A DNA stretch of 64,000 nt from an uncultured delta proteobacterium (GCA_963798485.1 CAWCTR010000014.1:192001-256000), one strand, 5' to 3'. Shown: positions 48,740 through 59,790, counted from the stretch's first letter. Notes: generated by a model not told the origin, from the sequence alone. Numbers and translations are program-made.

Positions 48740-50404
48740 ATGGAGTTTGTATCTAAAAGCCTACCCATCTCAGACACCAAGGAATTGGTCGGCAGGGTCA
48801 ACAAAGCAGCCTCCCGGTTTCACATCGTTTCCCTGAACCGCCAGATCGAAGTCTGCGAAAGCCTCCTCAAGGAAAACCCGCTTATCGATGTGGCCATACT
48901 CGGCCAGTTCAAGGCGGGCAAGAGCTCGTTCATCAACAGCCTTGTGGACCGGGAAATACTCCCAGTCGGAGTCATCCCGGTCACCACGGTGATCACCCGT
49001 CTTCAATACGGCCCGCAAGAACGCTCGGTGATCACATATATCGATGGTACAAGGTCTGAGATAGGTATCGAAGAGCTGGGGAAGTTCATTTCCGAGGCAC
49101 AGAACCCATCAAATTCCAAGAACGTCGATATCGTGGACATAGAGTTGCCTGCACTCGAAGCTTATCCCGGGCTCCGTCTGGTGGATACCCCGGGGCTGGG
49201 AAGCGTGTTCAAGTATCACAAGGAGGTGTCCGAGAACTGGCTCCCCGAGGTCGGGGCTGCCGTCCTTGCCATCAGTTCCGACCGCCCGCTCTCCGAGCAT
49301 GATCTCAATCTTATCGCAGACCTCTCCCATCATACCCCCATGATCGTCATCCTCCTCACCAAGGCCGACCTTTTGACCCCGGATCAGCAGAATGAGGTGG
49401 TGCAATTCTTCCAGCAGACATTAAAGCGGAAGCTGAACCGTGAGTATCCCATATTCCCCTATTCAACCCGATCCGGGATGGAATTCTTCAAGCACCGGAT
49501 CGAGTCGGAGCTCCTTTCCGGCTTGTCCAAGAACCGGGATCAGGAGTTTAACCGCATACTCAACTACAAAACCCAGTCACTGCTCAAAAGTTGTCTAACC
49601 TATCTCAATATCGCCATGAAGACTTCTGTCGAGGCCGATCAGGACCGGGAGGCGCTCCGCTCTCAGATCCTGAATGAAAAGGTCGGCTATGATCAGATCA
49701 GGGAAGAGATCGGCGTCATTACAAGAGAATGCCAGAGGCAGACCCGGGCCCTCCTGACGAATCATCTTGAAAAATTCAAGGATCCCCTCACGGAGAAGCT
49801 CAAGGCCGAGCTGTCCGGAGAGATGCCTTCCTGGAAAGGAAACCTGTGGAGGCTGACCAGAAGGTATGAAGCATGGGTGACCGAAACCATGGAAGAAGAG
49901 ATACGGCATATCTCCAAGACGGAAAACCATCACTTCTACGGCACCCTGAACAAGGCACATAACAGCCTCACCCGGTACCTTGAAACCTTCAGGATGCTGC
50001 TCAATGACAATATTGACAAGGTGCTGGGAATAAAGCTTGCGGAGGCGGACTGGAAGATCGAGTTGACAGAGCCTGATAATCCCGACATCGGGGTTCTCTA
50101 CACCTTTGATTTCAAATTCGATCTCCTCTGGTTCCTCATCCCCATGTTTATTTTCAGGAGGTTTTTTGAACAACATTATCTGGGAGAGATCCCCTGGGCG
50201 ACGGAGGTGAATATCTCCCGGCTCATTACCCAGTGGGAAACCAGGATCAACAAGGCCATCGACGAAATGCGCAAACAGGCGGAAGGCTATATCAAGGATG
50301 AGATATCCACGATCGATGCCCTATTGTCATCACAGGGACAGGAAAAGACCCATGAGCTTTATGAACTGATTTCAGAACTTCAGGGATTTGTAGTCAATGT
50401 TTGA
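48740..50404 (+). CDS. Bacterial dynamin-like GTPase
   Basis: G1 GQFKAGKSS, G2 PVT, G3 DTPGLG, G4 TKAD; helical stalk with hydrophobic LLWFLIPMFIF segment. Confidence 0.85.
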   Translation: MEFVSKSLPISDTKELVGRVNKAASRFHIVSLNRQIEVCESLLKENPLIDVAILGQFKAGKSSFINSLVDREILPVGVIPVTTVITRLQYGPQERSVITYIDGTRSEIGIEELGKFISEAQNPSNSKNVDIVDIELPALEAYPGLRLVDTPGLGSVFKYHKEVSENWLPEVGAAVLAISSDRPLSEHDLNLIADLSHHTPMIVILLTKADLLTPDQQNEVVQFFQQTLKRKLNREYPIFPYSTRSGMEFFKHRIESELLSGLSKNRDQEFNRILNYKTQSLLKSCLTYLNIAMKTSVEADQDREALRSQILNEKVGYDQIREEIGVITRECQRQTRALLTNHLEKFKDPLTEKLKAELSGEMPSWKGNLWRLTRRYEAWVTETMEEEIRHISKTENHHFYGTLNKAHNSLTRYLETFRMLLNDNIDKVLGIKLAEADWKIELTEPDNPDIGVLYTFDFKFDLLWFLIPMFIFRRFFEQHYLGEIPWATEVNISRLITQWETRINKAIDEMRKQAEGYIKDEISTIDALLSSQGQEKTHELYELISELQGFVVNV

Positions 50405-50450
50405 ACACCCTTACCCGGCATAGGCAAAAAACATCAAGACGGAGGATTCC

Positions 50451-51650
50451 ATGGAACTATCTTTTACTATCGCGACCCTGTGGGTCGGCCTAGCGGTCAT
50501 TGCAACCATTATTGCTTATCACATCCGCATCTCAATGGCCCTGGTCGAAATCTGTGTCGGTATGGTGGCAGGGGCGTTATGGGAACACTACTTCGGCAAG
50601 GAACTGCTGGGAGCAAACGTTGATTGGCTGCGCTTTCTCGCTTCCACGGGGGCCATTCTCCTGACCTTTCTGGCAGGCGCAGAACTGGACCCTGAGGTCA
50701 TCGGCTCGAAATGGAAAGAGGTTACCATTGTCGGGCTTATCGGCTTTCTAGCCCCTTTTTTAGGGTGTACCGCGCTTGCCCGCTATGCCCTGGGATGGAC
50801 CCCTTCAGCAAGCCTTCTTGCAGGAGTAGCCCTCTCGACCACGTCCATGGCGGTGGTCTATGCAGTGATGATCGAGACCGGCTTCAACAATACCGAGTTT
50901 GGCAAAGGGATCCTCGGCGCATGCTTTATAAATGACCTCGGAACCGTCATCGCCTTGGGACTCATCTTTGCCCCCTTCTCCTATAAGACCTTCATCTTTA
51001 TCGGGGTAACCGCTGCCGCGATTGCGTTGCTTCCGTTTATATCCAAGCGCATCACACGGAAATACGGACATCGGACAGCCGCCATCAGGGCCAAGTGGAT
51101 ACTGTTCGTTCTGTTCGGTCTCGGAGCGCTGGCGGTGTGGTCCGGCAGCGAAGCGGTATTGCCTGCCTACCTGGTAGGGATAGTGCTGGCCGAATTCGCC
51201 GGTAACGATCACTTATGGGTGAGGAGGATGCGAACCCTCACCATAGGATTTCTGACCCCGTTCTATTTTATCCGGGCAGGCTCCCTGGTTTCGCTTCCTG
51301 CCATCATGACTGCACCGCTGATCTTCATTCTCCTTCTGGCCGGGAAGGTTGTCAGTAAGATATTCGGACTCTATCCCGTGATCGGCTTTTTCAGAAAGGA
51401 AACCAATGAGCGCTGGTATTACACCCTGATGATGTCGACCGGGCTCACCTTCGGCACCATATCGTCACTCTATGGCTTCACCCATGGGATCATCACGCGC
51501 GGGCAGTATTCCTTTCTGGTTGCCGGTGTCATCGCAAGCGCCGTTATCCCCACGATAATCGCCAACCTTGCATTCATCCCCTATTCCCTCCTGCCCGACC
51601 GGCCCGAGCCTACGGTTGAAGAGGTGGAAGATGGCCTTGGGGATGAGTGA
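50451..51650 (+). CDS. Cation:proton antiporter (Na_H_Exchanger family)
   Basis: About 12 TM helices, FLAGAELD, LSTTS.AVV, FINDLG, PFYF..AG. Confidence 0.85.
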   Translation: MELSFTIATLWVGLAVIATIIAYHIRISMALVEICVGMVAGALWEHYFGKELLGANVDWLRFLASTGAILLTFLAGAELDPEVIGSKWKEVTIVGLIGFLAPFLGCTALARYALGWTPSASLLAGVALSTTSMAVVYAVMIETGFNNTEFGKGILGACFINDLGTVIALGLIFAPFSYKTFIFIGVTAAAIALLPFISKRITRKYGHRTAAIRAKWILFVLFGLGALAVWSGSEAVLPAYLVGIVLAEFAGNDHLWVRRMRTLTIGFLTPFYFIRAGSLVSLPAIMTAPLIFILLLAGKVVSKIFGLYPVIGFFRKETNERWYYTLMMSTGLTFGTISSLYGFTHGIITRGQYSFLVAGVIASAVIPTIIANLAFIPYSLLPDRPEPTVEEVEDGLGDE

Positions 51651-51902
51651 GATGAGTGATAGGAGAGAAAATGGGTTTCAGCTTGTTCCCTACACGTTGT
51701 GGAAACTATCATAGTTAAACAAGCATAATGGGGGCGGCATGGCATGTTCTGGAAAGGTTGGCAACATGTGAAGGGAGGCAAAGCATGACAGAAAAGACGG
51801 CCGTATCTCGTGAGGCTGTGCTCGATGTTCGCAAGCTGGACAATCCCTCCCGTTCGTGATTGACAGCTTTACCCTTAATACAGTACACATTTAACGAAGA
51901 TC

Positions 51903-51947
51903 GGGGATGGAGTCCCCCATAATTGCCGGGCAGGCTGATGACTCCTG
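51903..51947 (+). ncRNA. Fluoride riboswitch (crcB motif), copy 2
   Basis: GGGGATGGAGTCCCCCATAATTGCCGGGCAGGCTGATGACTCCT; TTGACA at 51860 upstream. Confidence 0.88.
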
Positions 51948-51971
51948 TCAGAGAAATCTGAAGGAGAAGGT

Positions 51972-52162
51972 ATGGAGCTTGCCCTCAAATGTCATCCGGC
52001 TTCAGGTATTATACAATTCCCCTCAAGAACACAGTTATCATTCGTTCAATGCGTGCAAAGGCACGCTCAAAGGCGGCTTCGCCGTATGACCAGTAGTTCA
52101 CCATTATTACAGCCGTTGTTCATGTTCCTCAGATTACCAGCTGACTACAAAAAGGAGGCACT

Positions 52163-52166
<4 letters not shown>
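51972..52166 (+). pseudogene. Probable remnant of a dynamin-like paralog 5' end
   Basis: Same riboswitch/RBS context as 48740; MELALKCHPAS resembles MEFVSKSLPIS, then similarity stops. Confidence 0.4.
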
Positions 52167-52979
<813 letters not shown>

Positions 52980-53054
52980 CGAATAGTACCAAAGCCTGAG
53001 GAGTCATTGTCATGCCGACTTAGATGATGGATATCATCAGGTCCGCAGATTATA

Positions 53055-53735
53055 TTATTGATCTTGGTTCATTTCAGGCCCGGTGGAAAATTTGACCCTG
53101 TAATCTTTCACCGCTCCCTGTTTGAATCTCTCGAATGTCTGCTCCACCTCTGCGCTGTAATCAATTCCGGATTCATATGTGCAAACCTTGATGCTGTTAT
53201 CCTTTATGAGCAGGCAATACTTTGCGGCGGATAAATCGGCTTTAAGCTTTTTCGTTTCAGCTAAAAGGGACGTAAAATGGCCGGATTCGGCATAGTTCGT
53301 TATATACTCGCGTAAGGCTAAAAAGCCTCGCGATTTTAAATCTGCAAGGGTTAACTCATGTACCAGGCGATGAACGGCTTCACAATAAATATCTATTGTT
53401 TCTAAAAACCATCCTTCCTTGTGGTATTTGTACTGAAGCTTTTCCACAAGGGCAAGATGCTGTCGCATTGTGCGCATTTCTTGTGCAAATGTTTTTATAT
53501 TCTCAAAGAGAATTTTATTTTCCAGGTCCTGCATTATTTCATGACGATACTTGATCGTGTCGATATCGGATAGGGAAGTGTAAAAAAACGGCTTTAGATT
53601 ATATTCCTGCCTGTGGGCCGTGATGGTATCGATAACCTGATCAAGATTCAAATCAACAAAAAAGGCGGGCGCTTCAAGCGATTCTTTTTTTGTGCCCTCT
53701 TCAGTTCTTTCAAATAATATGCTGTGGAAAGTCAT
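53055..53735 (-). pseudogene. 3'-truncated MutS-related protein (ATPase domain missing)
   Basis: MTFHSILF...PAFF.DLNLDQ...I.YRHEI.QDLE N-terminus of the short MutS-related family; ends after about 226 aa with no P-loop. Confidence 0.7.
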
Positions 53736-53793
53736 GAGACAAACACCTCCTGGGCCATGATGCGGACGCACCACTTCAACTCTACCGCCGCAT

Positions 53794-53845
53794 GGTAGGA
53801 GTTATCAGCCCGGCCCGGGCGTTTGTCAGGGGAACTCCATCCCTT
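53794..53845 (-). ncRNA. Fluoride riboswitch (crcB motif), copy 3
   Basis: Minus strand AAGGGATGGAGTTCCCCTGACAAACGCCCGGGCCGGGCTGATAACTCCTACC. Confidence 0.88.
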
Positions 53846-54113
53846 TGTAAGGGTCAAATGATAGGAATTTCTAGAAGTACAGTCAAGCTGGAAAACCGCA
53901 AAAATGCAGCGTGCACCAATACAGGGGTTGGCGTCGACAAACCGGACGTGTCGATATACCTGGGCTCCACATCTTGCTACGCTTAGCCCATCATGGCGGA
54001 TGAACCAAACGTCTAATCTTTCCGGGTTCATATAATGAATGAAATCATTAGAAAAATTTAATTCGTTTCTAATCTTCTTTTAATCATAATGCTGTATTGT
54101 AATCTTACCAAGA

Positions 54114-54538
54114 TGATGAAAAAAATTCTGATCATCCTATGCACCTTCGGGTTCATATCCTCTATCTGTCTAGCCGGACAGCCTGAATCGGCCCCCTCCA
54201 AGGAGGTACCGGCAAAGACCGGAGCGTCCAAGGAGATCAGAGGTAAGGTGGAGGGGGTAGTCCTTGAAGATCTGGCAAATGAGGTAAGGCCGAAGATCAC
54301 TATTATTACAGGGGATGGCCAGAAACACACCTTTGTCATACGACCGACCACAACTATCTATGATCCCGGGTGGAACCCCACGACATTGGATAAGATTACG
54401 AAAGGACAATTCGTGAGGATAAAATACAGGATTAATAAGGAAGGGTTCACAGTGGCCCTCTCCATCAAGCCTACCAAGATGGGTTCAGGCGCGGAGCATA
54501 TCTCGCAAAGTACAAATAAAGATGTGGAGCCAAAGTAA
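54114..54538 (+). CDS. Hypothetical exported protein (beta-rich, DUF5666/OB-fold-like)
   Basis: Signal peptide MKKILIIL...CLA; start approximate. Confidence 0.55.
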
Positions 54539-54551
54539 TAATAAACTGCAA

Positions 54552-54842
54552 ATGACGATGAAAAGGATATTGATACTCTCCTCTCTCTTGGTGCTCAGCG
54601 CCATCGTATGCCTTGCAACACAAAATGCTGATCCTGCAATGAAACAACCAACTGCTCATCTGTATTATAAGACCTTCCAGCTCAATTATGTGAAAGGCAG
54701 TATTGAGGAAGTACCACTAACCGATCATGCTCCGGAAATTAGAACAACAAAATTAATTACACAAAATGAACATATTTACCTTGTTTCATTACGGTCATTT
54801 CTGCCACCCTTCACCTTGTATGCAAGGCCTCCCCCTGAATAA
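54552..54842 (+). CDS. Hypothetical exported protein, possibly a degenerate paralog of the upstream gene
   Basis: MKRILILS...CLATQ signal peptide; KGSIEEV.L.D.A.EIR resembles RGKVEGV.L.D.A.EVR. Confidence 0.4.
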   Translation: MTMKRILILSSLLVLSAIVCLATQNADPAMKQPTAHLYYKTFQLNYVKGSIEEVPLTDHAPEIRTTKLITQNEHIYLVSLRSFLPPFTLYARPPPE

Positions 54843-55012
54843 TACCTTTAGAAAGGTATTGATAGGGGATACGTCATATCAATATTGCTCCAACATTTAG
54901 TCATCTTGATTTTTAGAAGATACTATGCTGCATAATGCCATTGCGGCATTATTTCAGAGCAATAAAAAGCCCATGCTTGTACATAATACGAATAACACAG
55001 CGGAGGAATACC

Positions 55013-55558
55013 ATGAAGAGAATGTGGTTAAATATAATCATTATCCTGTTTGTCGGAATAGGGTTTGCAACCAGTGGTTGCGCAAAGAAGAATATAGTTG
55101 AGAAGACTGAAGAGATGAAGCCCCCTGTTGCACAGACTGCACCTAAGGCCCCGGCCCTTACCCGGCCGAAAGAAGAGGCAAAGGTTGAGACGTCAGCACT
55201 TACCGCAAATGAAATAAAGGCATTCGAAGACAAGGATCTCCATTTTGGCTTTGATAAGTTCGACCTCACATCAGAGGCTATGGAGATACTGAACCGGAAG
55301 GCTTCTTTCCTTAAGGCCGATACGAATGTAACAATCCGGATTGAGGGCAATTGTGATGAAAGAGGCACAACAGAGTATAACCTTGCCCTTGGGGATAGGA
55401 GGGCTGATTCCGCCCTGAACTATCTACTTGAGCAGGGAATTGCAAAAGAAAGGATATCCACCGTCAGCTACGGCAAAGAGAGACCTCTCGATCCGGGTCA
55501 TAATGAAAAGGCCTGGGCAAAAAACCGAAGAGACCATTTTGTTATTGTGAAGAAATAA
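55013..55558 (+). CDS. pal: Peptidoglycan-associated lipoprotein
   Basis: Lipobox SGC, F.FDK, IEGNCDERGT.EYNLALGDRRA, SYGKERP, NRR. Confidence 0.9.
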   Translation: MKRMWLNIIIILFVGIGFATSGCAKKNIVEKTEEMKPPVAQTAPKAPALTRPKEEAKVETSALTANEIKAFEDKDLHFGFDKFDLTSEAMEILNRKASFLKADTNVTIRIEGNCDERGTTEYNLALGDRRADSALNYLLEQGIAKERISTVSYGKERPLDPGHNEKAWAKNRRDHFVIVKK

Positions 55559-55571
55559 CTATACCAATTAT

Positions 55572-55611
55572 GGGGTAGCTTTGCTAAGAACAATACAGGC
55601 AAGGCTGCCCC
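55572..55611 (+). terminator. Hairpin after pal
   Basis: GGGGTAGCTTTGC / GCAAGGCTGCCCC stem. Confidence 0.45.
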
Positions 55612-55651
55612 TGAATTTCAAAGGTTATAGTTCAGAGCAAAGGTATAACGT

Positions 55652-57373
55652 GTGAGTAGAGATTATCTGAATTTGATACGTTCCTTGTTAAGGGGTCTGC
55701 CGGAAAATACCCGCACCCTCATACTCACTATTATTTATGGTGTTATAGCCGGGTCGGCGGCAGTATGCTTCATGACCCTTCTTAACCTGGTTTATGAAAA
55801 TACCTTCATTGTCTTCTCCTCTCATTCCAAACTCTTCTTCCTGATTGCAAGTTTTATCTTGGTCGTGAGCACCTCACTCATGGCAGGTTTCCTGCTTTTT
55901 AAATTCGACCCGGATGCGGCAGGGAGTGGCATTCCACAGCTCAAGGCTGCTTATTGGAAAGAAGTAGGCTATGTGCCGTGGCGTCCGGTTCTCATCAAGT
56001 TTATAGCCGGCGTACTCAATATCGGCGGAGGCGCCAGCCTGGGCCGTGAGGGGCCCACCGTTTATATCGGCGGTGGTATAGCCTCAAATCTTGCAGGGTT
56101 CATGGGGGTTCCCATACGGAGGCGGCGAAGCGCGGTTGTTATCGGTGCATCTGCCGGATTGGCCGCTGCCTTTAATGCACCTCTTGCTGCCATAACATTC
56201 ATCCTCGAAGAGTTTGTCAGCGATATCGATAACCGTTTTATCGGCCGCGTCGTACTCTCTTCCCTGCTCGGGGCATTTGTCGTATACGCCTTTATAGGCA
56301 GGCAGCCGGCTTTCAAACTCCCATCCATCGAATCCGTATCCTGGTCGCACTACACGATTGTCCCTGTAGTCGCCGTCTTTGCCGCTCTTGCCGGCGTCAT
56401 CTTTCAGCAGGCAACGCTCTCCATAAGGTACCGTCTTAAGAGGCAGAAGGCAGTTCCTGCCTGGCTTTTACCCTGTTTCGGAGGACTCATTGTATGGGTC
56501 ATCGGCTCCGCCGTCTTTTGTACTACCGGAAAGCTCGGGGTCTTCAGCCTCGGGTATCATGATCTCTCAAGCGCCTTGGATAATAATTTTATCTGGTGGG
56601 TTGCAGGAATCATGGTGGTTGCCAAGCTGCTGGCGACTATATTGTCCTATAGTTTCGGAGGATGCGGGGGAATCTTTTCACCTCTGCTCTTCATCGGCGG
56701 TATGTGCGGGTATTTCATCGGAGGCCTCACCGGTCATTGGATCCCGGTAACACCGTCCGATAGAGTCGTTCTTTCAGCGGTCGGTATGAGCACCTGCCTT
56801 GGAGTGGTCGTCAGGGCGCCCCTCACCTCTTTATTGATTGTTTTTGAAATGACACACCAGTTCGACCTCATCCCGGGATTGATGATCGGCACTTTCATCG
56901 GCGTCATCATCTCTCATGCCTTCGGCAAAGAGAATTTCTATGATGCGTCGCTGCTTCAAGACGGGCATGAGCTTATAAAGATCAGACCGCCCTTGGACAT
57001 AAAGGGCTGGCAAAACCTCCCCATTTCCTCAATTGCCAATCCACACCCGATTGTCGTGGATAATCTTGATGAAAGCCATCTTCAGCCCATACTTGATAAC
57101 CACCCATACAATTGTTTCCCTATCCTTTTAGAAAATAATGAGGTCGGTGTTATAACCCGGGATCACATGGAGTCCATTATTGCCCATAAGACAGTACCGG
57201 AAATTCCCAAAGCCGTATTCTGTCACCCGGATCAGACTGTCAAGGATGTCGGCAATAAATTTATAGAATCGCCAAGCGGCGTCATCATTGTCATAGACGA
57301 AAAAACAGGAGACATAACCGGTATTGTAACCCTCCATGATCTTCTCCGCGCACAGGCTTCTATTTTAGGTTAA
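55652..57373 (+). CDS. ClC chloride channel/antiporter with CBS domains
   Basis: GSGIP, GREGP, GGIFSP, FY motifs; C-terminal CBS pair. Confidence 0.92.
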   Translation: MSRDYLNLIRSLLRGLPENTRTLILTIIYGVIAGSAAVCFMTLLNLVYENTFIVFSSHSKLFFLIASFILVVSTSLMAGFLLFKFDPDAAGSGIPQLKAAYWKEVGYVPWRPVLIKFIAGVLNIGGGASLGREGPTVYIGGGIASNLAGFMGVPIRRRRSAVVIGASAGLAAAFNAPLAAITFILEEFVSDIDNRFIGRVVLSSLLGAFVVYAFIGRQPAFKLPSIESVSWSHYTIVPVVAVFAALAGVIFQQATLSIRYRLKRQKAVPAWLLPCFGGLIVWVIGSAVFCTTGKLGVFSLGYHDLSSALDNNFIWWVAGIMVVAKLLATILSYSFGGCGGIFSPLLFIGGMCGYFIGGLTGHWIPVTPSDRVVLSAVGMSTCLGVVVRAPLTSLLIVFEMTHQFDLIPGLMIGTFIGVIISHAFGKENFYDASLLQDGHELIKIRPPLDIKGWQNLPISSIANPHPIVVDNLDESHLQPILDNHPYNCFPILLENNEVGVITRDHMESIIAHKTVPEIPKAVFCHPDQTVKDVGNKFIESPSGVIIVIDEKTGDITGIVTLHDLLRAQASILG

Positions 57374-57459
57374 ACCTGTTCAGGTGTGAAGTTTACTGAA
57401 TTACAATCTTTAAGTAAAAAACCCCTTTGCCCTCCAAATACGACTGGATTCTTAATTCA

Positions 57460-57915
57460 CTAAGCTCCTTGCCCAGGCTCTTTCTTTACCAGAAAAATAG
57501 AGCAGGGCATCTTCCGGATTATCGCATCATTACTGTTACCGACCAGAAAGTGTTCGATACGGCTTTCTTCATGGGAGCGCAAGACGACCAGATCAATCTT
57601 TTCTTTCCTGATAACCTTCAGAATTTCATCAACGGGATCGCCTTGCTTAATAATCTTTTTGATCTTTACGCCTTTCTTTTTCTCGCCGGCGATAATAGTA
57701 TCCAGTTCCACCTTGATTCTTTCCATACCCCTCTTGCGTTCTTCCTCCTGCGACACCTTGGGCAAAGATCAGCCTTGCAGCCAGAAGGTATCGACTACAT
57801 GGATCACGGTAAGTTCAGCGCCATACTTTGCGACCAGTGAAGTCGCGTAATGAACCGTCCTCTGACAATATTGAGTCATCCAGCTCACCGCAAGTATTCT
57901 TCTAATATCTTCCAT
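57460..57915 (-). pseudogene. Universal stress protein with in-frame TGA
   Basis: MEDIRRILAVS...AELTVIHVVDTFWLQG*SLP...GDP..EI...IDLVV; TGA at 57771-57769. Confidence 0.8.
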
Positions 57916-57930
57916 TATACACCTCCAATT

Positions 57931-58956
57931 TTATATTGTATCACCAGCTAACTTATCACCATTCAGAATCAACCCGAATGATGGAACCATAGGATCTTCA
58001 TGGTTCTTCATGAACATGATCCGCTTTTCATTCACTTCATCTGCTTCATCGGATAAAGCCAGGATGTGAAATCCTTTCTCAACGATATAGAGTTCAGAGC
58101 CGGGGATTGATTCCGCTGCATTCCGGGCATGCTCTAAGGGGACATCGGAATCATCGCTGCCATGGATGATGAGTGTCGGCGTGGCCACGTGTTCAAGAGG
58201 GAGAGGGTCGATCTCTCTGAGCTGCTTCAGGTCGTTGTTCAGGCCCCTTGTCCTCAGCTTTGAAGGGCTCATACTCCTGATGAGCTCCATCAGTATCTTC
58301 ACGCGGTGCTCGTCTTTCATGATATCTCGCATCAGGTGCATCACGTCTTCCTCTTCCAGGGTGCTTTCCATCTCTATGGTTGCCAGTCCAACGAGATACG
58401 GCGCATGTTTTGCAAAAACATCCGCCAGCCAGAGAGATGGATTGTTGAACATGAGATGCCTGAACAGGATGTTTTCGCCGATATTGTTGTGATTCATTTC
58501 ATAACGCTTGCTCACAGCGCATTCGAGAATCAGGGACCATATCCGCTCAGGATAGCGGGAGGCAAAGTGTATCGCCGGAGGTCCGCCTGCAGAATATGCA
58601 ACGAGTGCGGTCTTTTCGATGCCCAGAGTATCGAGAAGTGCCTTGAAGGCATCGGCCTGCTCCACAAATGTCCTTCCTGTTTTCAGTGGAGTGCGTAGAT
58701 AACCCGGGCGAGACCAGCTCAGGATGCGAAACCCTTTTTCGAATAAGCCGTTGAAGAGGGCCGCTGTCTGATCGTACCCCCCCGGACCTCCATGCATGAC
58801 AGAGACATAGGGGCCGCTATCGTCACGGATCGCATATTCCACCGGACCTTTTTCGGTTATGATCACCCGGCTGCCTGCTTCGAGCTCACTAATAAGGTCT
58901 TTTCTCCACCGGATATACGGCCCGTATTTTGCCCTTGCCTTTTTCAGGATATTCAT
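57931..58956 (-). CDS. Alpha/beta hydrolase (paralog B)
   Basis: Aligns end to end with 47569-48537; YSAGG nucleophile elbow. Confidence 0.88.
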   Translation of the reverse strand: MNILKKARAKYGPYIRWRKDLISELEAGSRVIITEKGPVEYAIRDDSGPYVSVMHGGPGGYDQTAALFNGLFEKGFRILSWSRPGYLRTPLKTGRTFVEQADAFKALLDTLGIEKTALVAYSAGGPPAIHFASRYPERIWSLILECAVSKRYEMNHNNIGENILFRHLMFNNPSLWLADVFAKHAPYLVGLATIEMESTLEEEDVMHLMRDIMKDEHRVKILMELIRSMSPSKLRTRGLNNDLKQLREIDPLPLEHVATPTLIIHGSDDSDVPLEHARNAAESIPGSELYIVEKGFHILALSDEADEVNEKRIMFMKNHEDPMVPSFGLILNGDKLAGDTI

Positions 58957-58997
58957 ATGGTAATCAATTTCCACCAGAGCCTATCTGTGACACCAAT

Positions 58998-59790
58998 CTA
59001 TTTCTTAGCCAACAATGGGGCCTTGGTCGGGTCGAAGATGCGGTATGCAATGAGTTTCACCCGGTCGTTGACGAGGAACCACGCCAGCGCATAGCCCCAG
59101 ATCAGAAACGCCCATTTCCAGCCGATGGGAACCATGAACCATCCGTAGACCGCGGCTACCGTCGCCAGCACCTTCGTGACCACCGCCGACCAGAAAAGCG
59201 CCGGTGCAGGCCGGATGGACCAGAAAGGCCCGCGTGTGCGCGTCACGAAGATCGTCAGATGGCCGGCCACCGCGAGCTTCAGGAACATGAACGTCTGCAG
59301 CAGGTCACGGCTGAGATGGAACGTCTGTTCGCCAAGGTAAAACAGACCGAACGAAGCGATCACGCCGGCCACACCCAACACGGTCGATATCCCCAGGACA
59401 AGCCTCATGTTCCATGCCTCGGGCCGGTCTGCATAGTGCACGTTGTCGTAGGCGATCGCGAGGATAGGGGCGTCGTTCATCAAAGCCAAGGAGGACGATC
59501 ATTACCGCGGTCACGGGATAGAAGTTGAAGACCAGGATCGCCAGTGTCATGAACAGCAGCACGCGGATGGTTTCGGCAATGCGATAGATCGCGTAGCTGT
59601 TCATGCGCTGGAAGGCCTTCCGACTCTCCTTGATGGCATCGATGATCACGGACAGGCCCGGGCTCATCAGCACTACATCAGCTGCCGCTCGGGCAGCATC
59701 GGTGGCGCCGGAAACGGCGATCCCGGCATCCGCCTTCTTCAGTGCTGGGGCGTCATTCACCCCGTCGCCGGTCATACCCACGATGTGGCC
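58998..59790 (-). pseudogene. Plasma-membrane H+-ATPase (P3A-type) C-terminal fragment, frameshifted
   Basis: [47 protein letters not shown]; frameshift near 59490; DKTGT domain absent. Confidence 0.88.

Noticed and set aside
52085-52150. Possible fourth fluoride riboswitch (GTAGTTCACC...GCTGACTAC) before HIT
   Set aside because: Lacks the GGnGATG 5' strand and the CTGATG element; too degenerate to call.
52995-53050. Minus-strand CTGATGATATCC and AATGACTCCT resembling riboswitch 3' halves
   Set aside because: No 5' aptamer half and no downstream gene; could be chance.
53732-54031. 99-aa minus-strand ORF
   Set aside because: Runs through riboswitch 3 and has no recognisable domain.
57769-57771. 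TGA as selenocysteine or alternative genetic code
   Set aside because: No redox-Cys context, no convincing SECIS, and TGA terminates many genes in the window.
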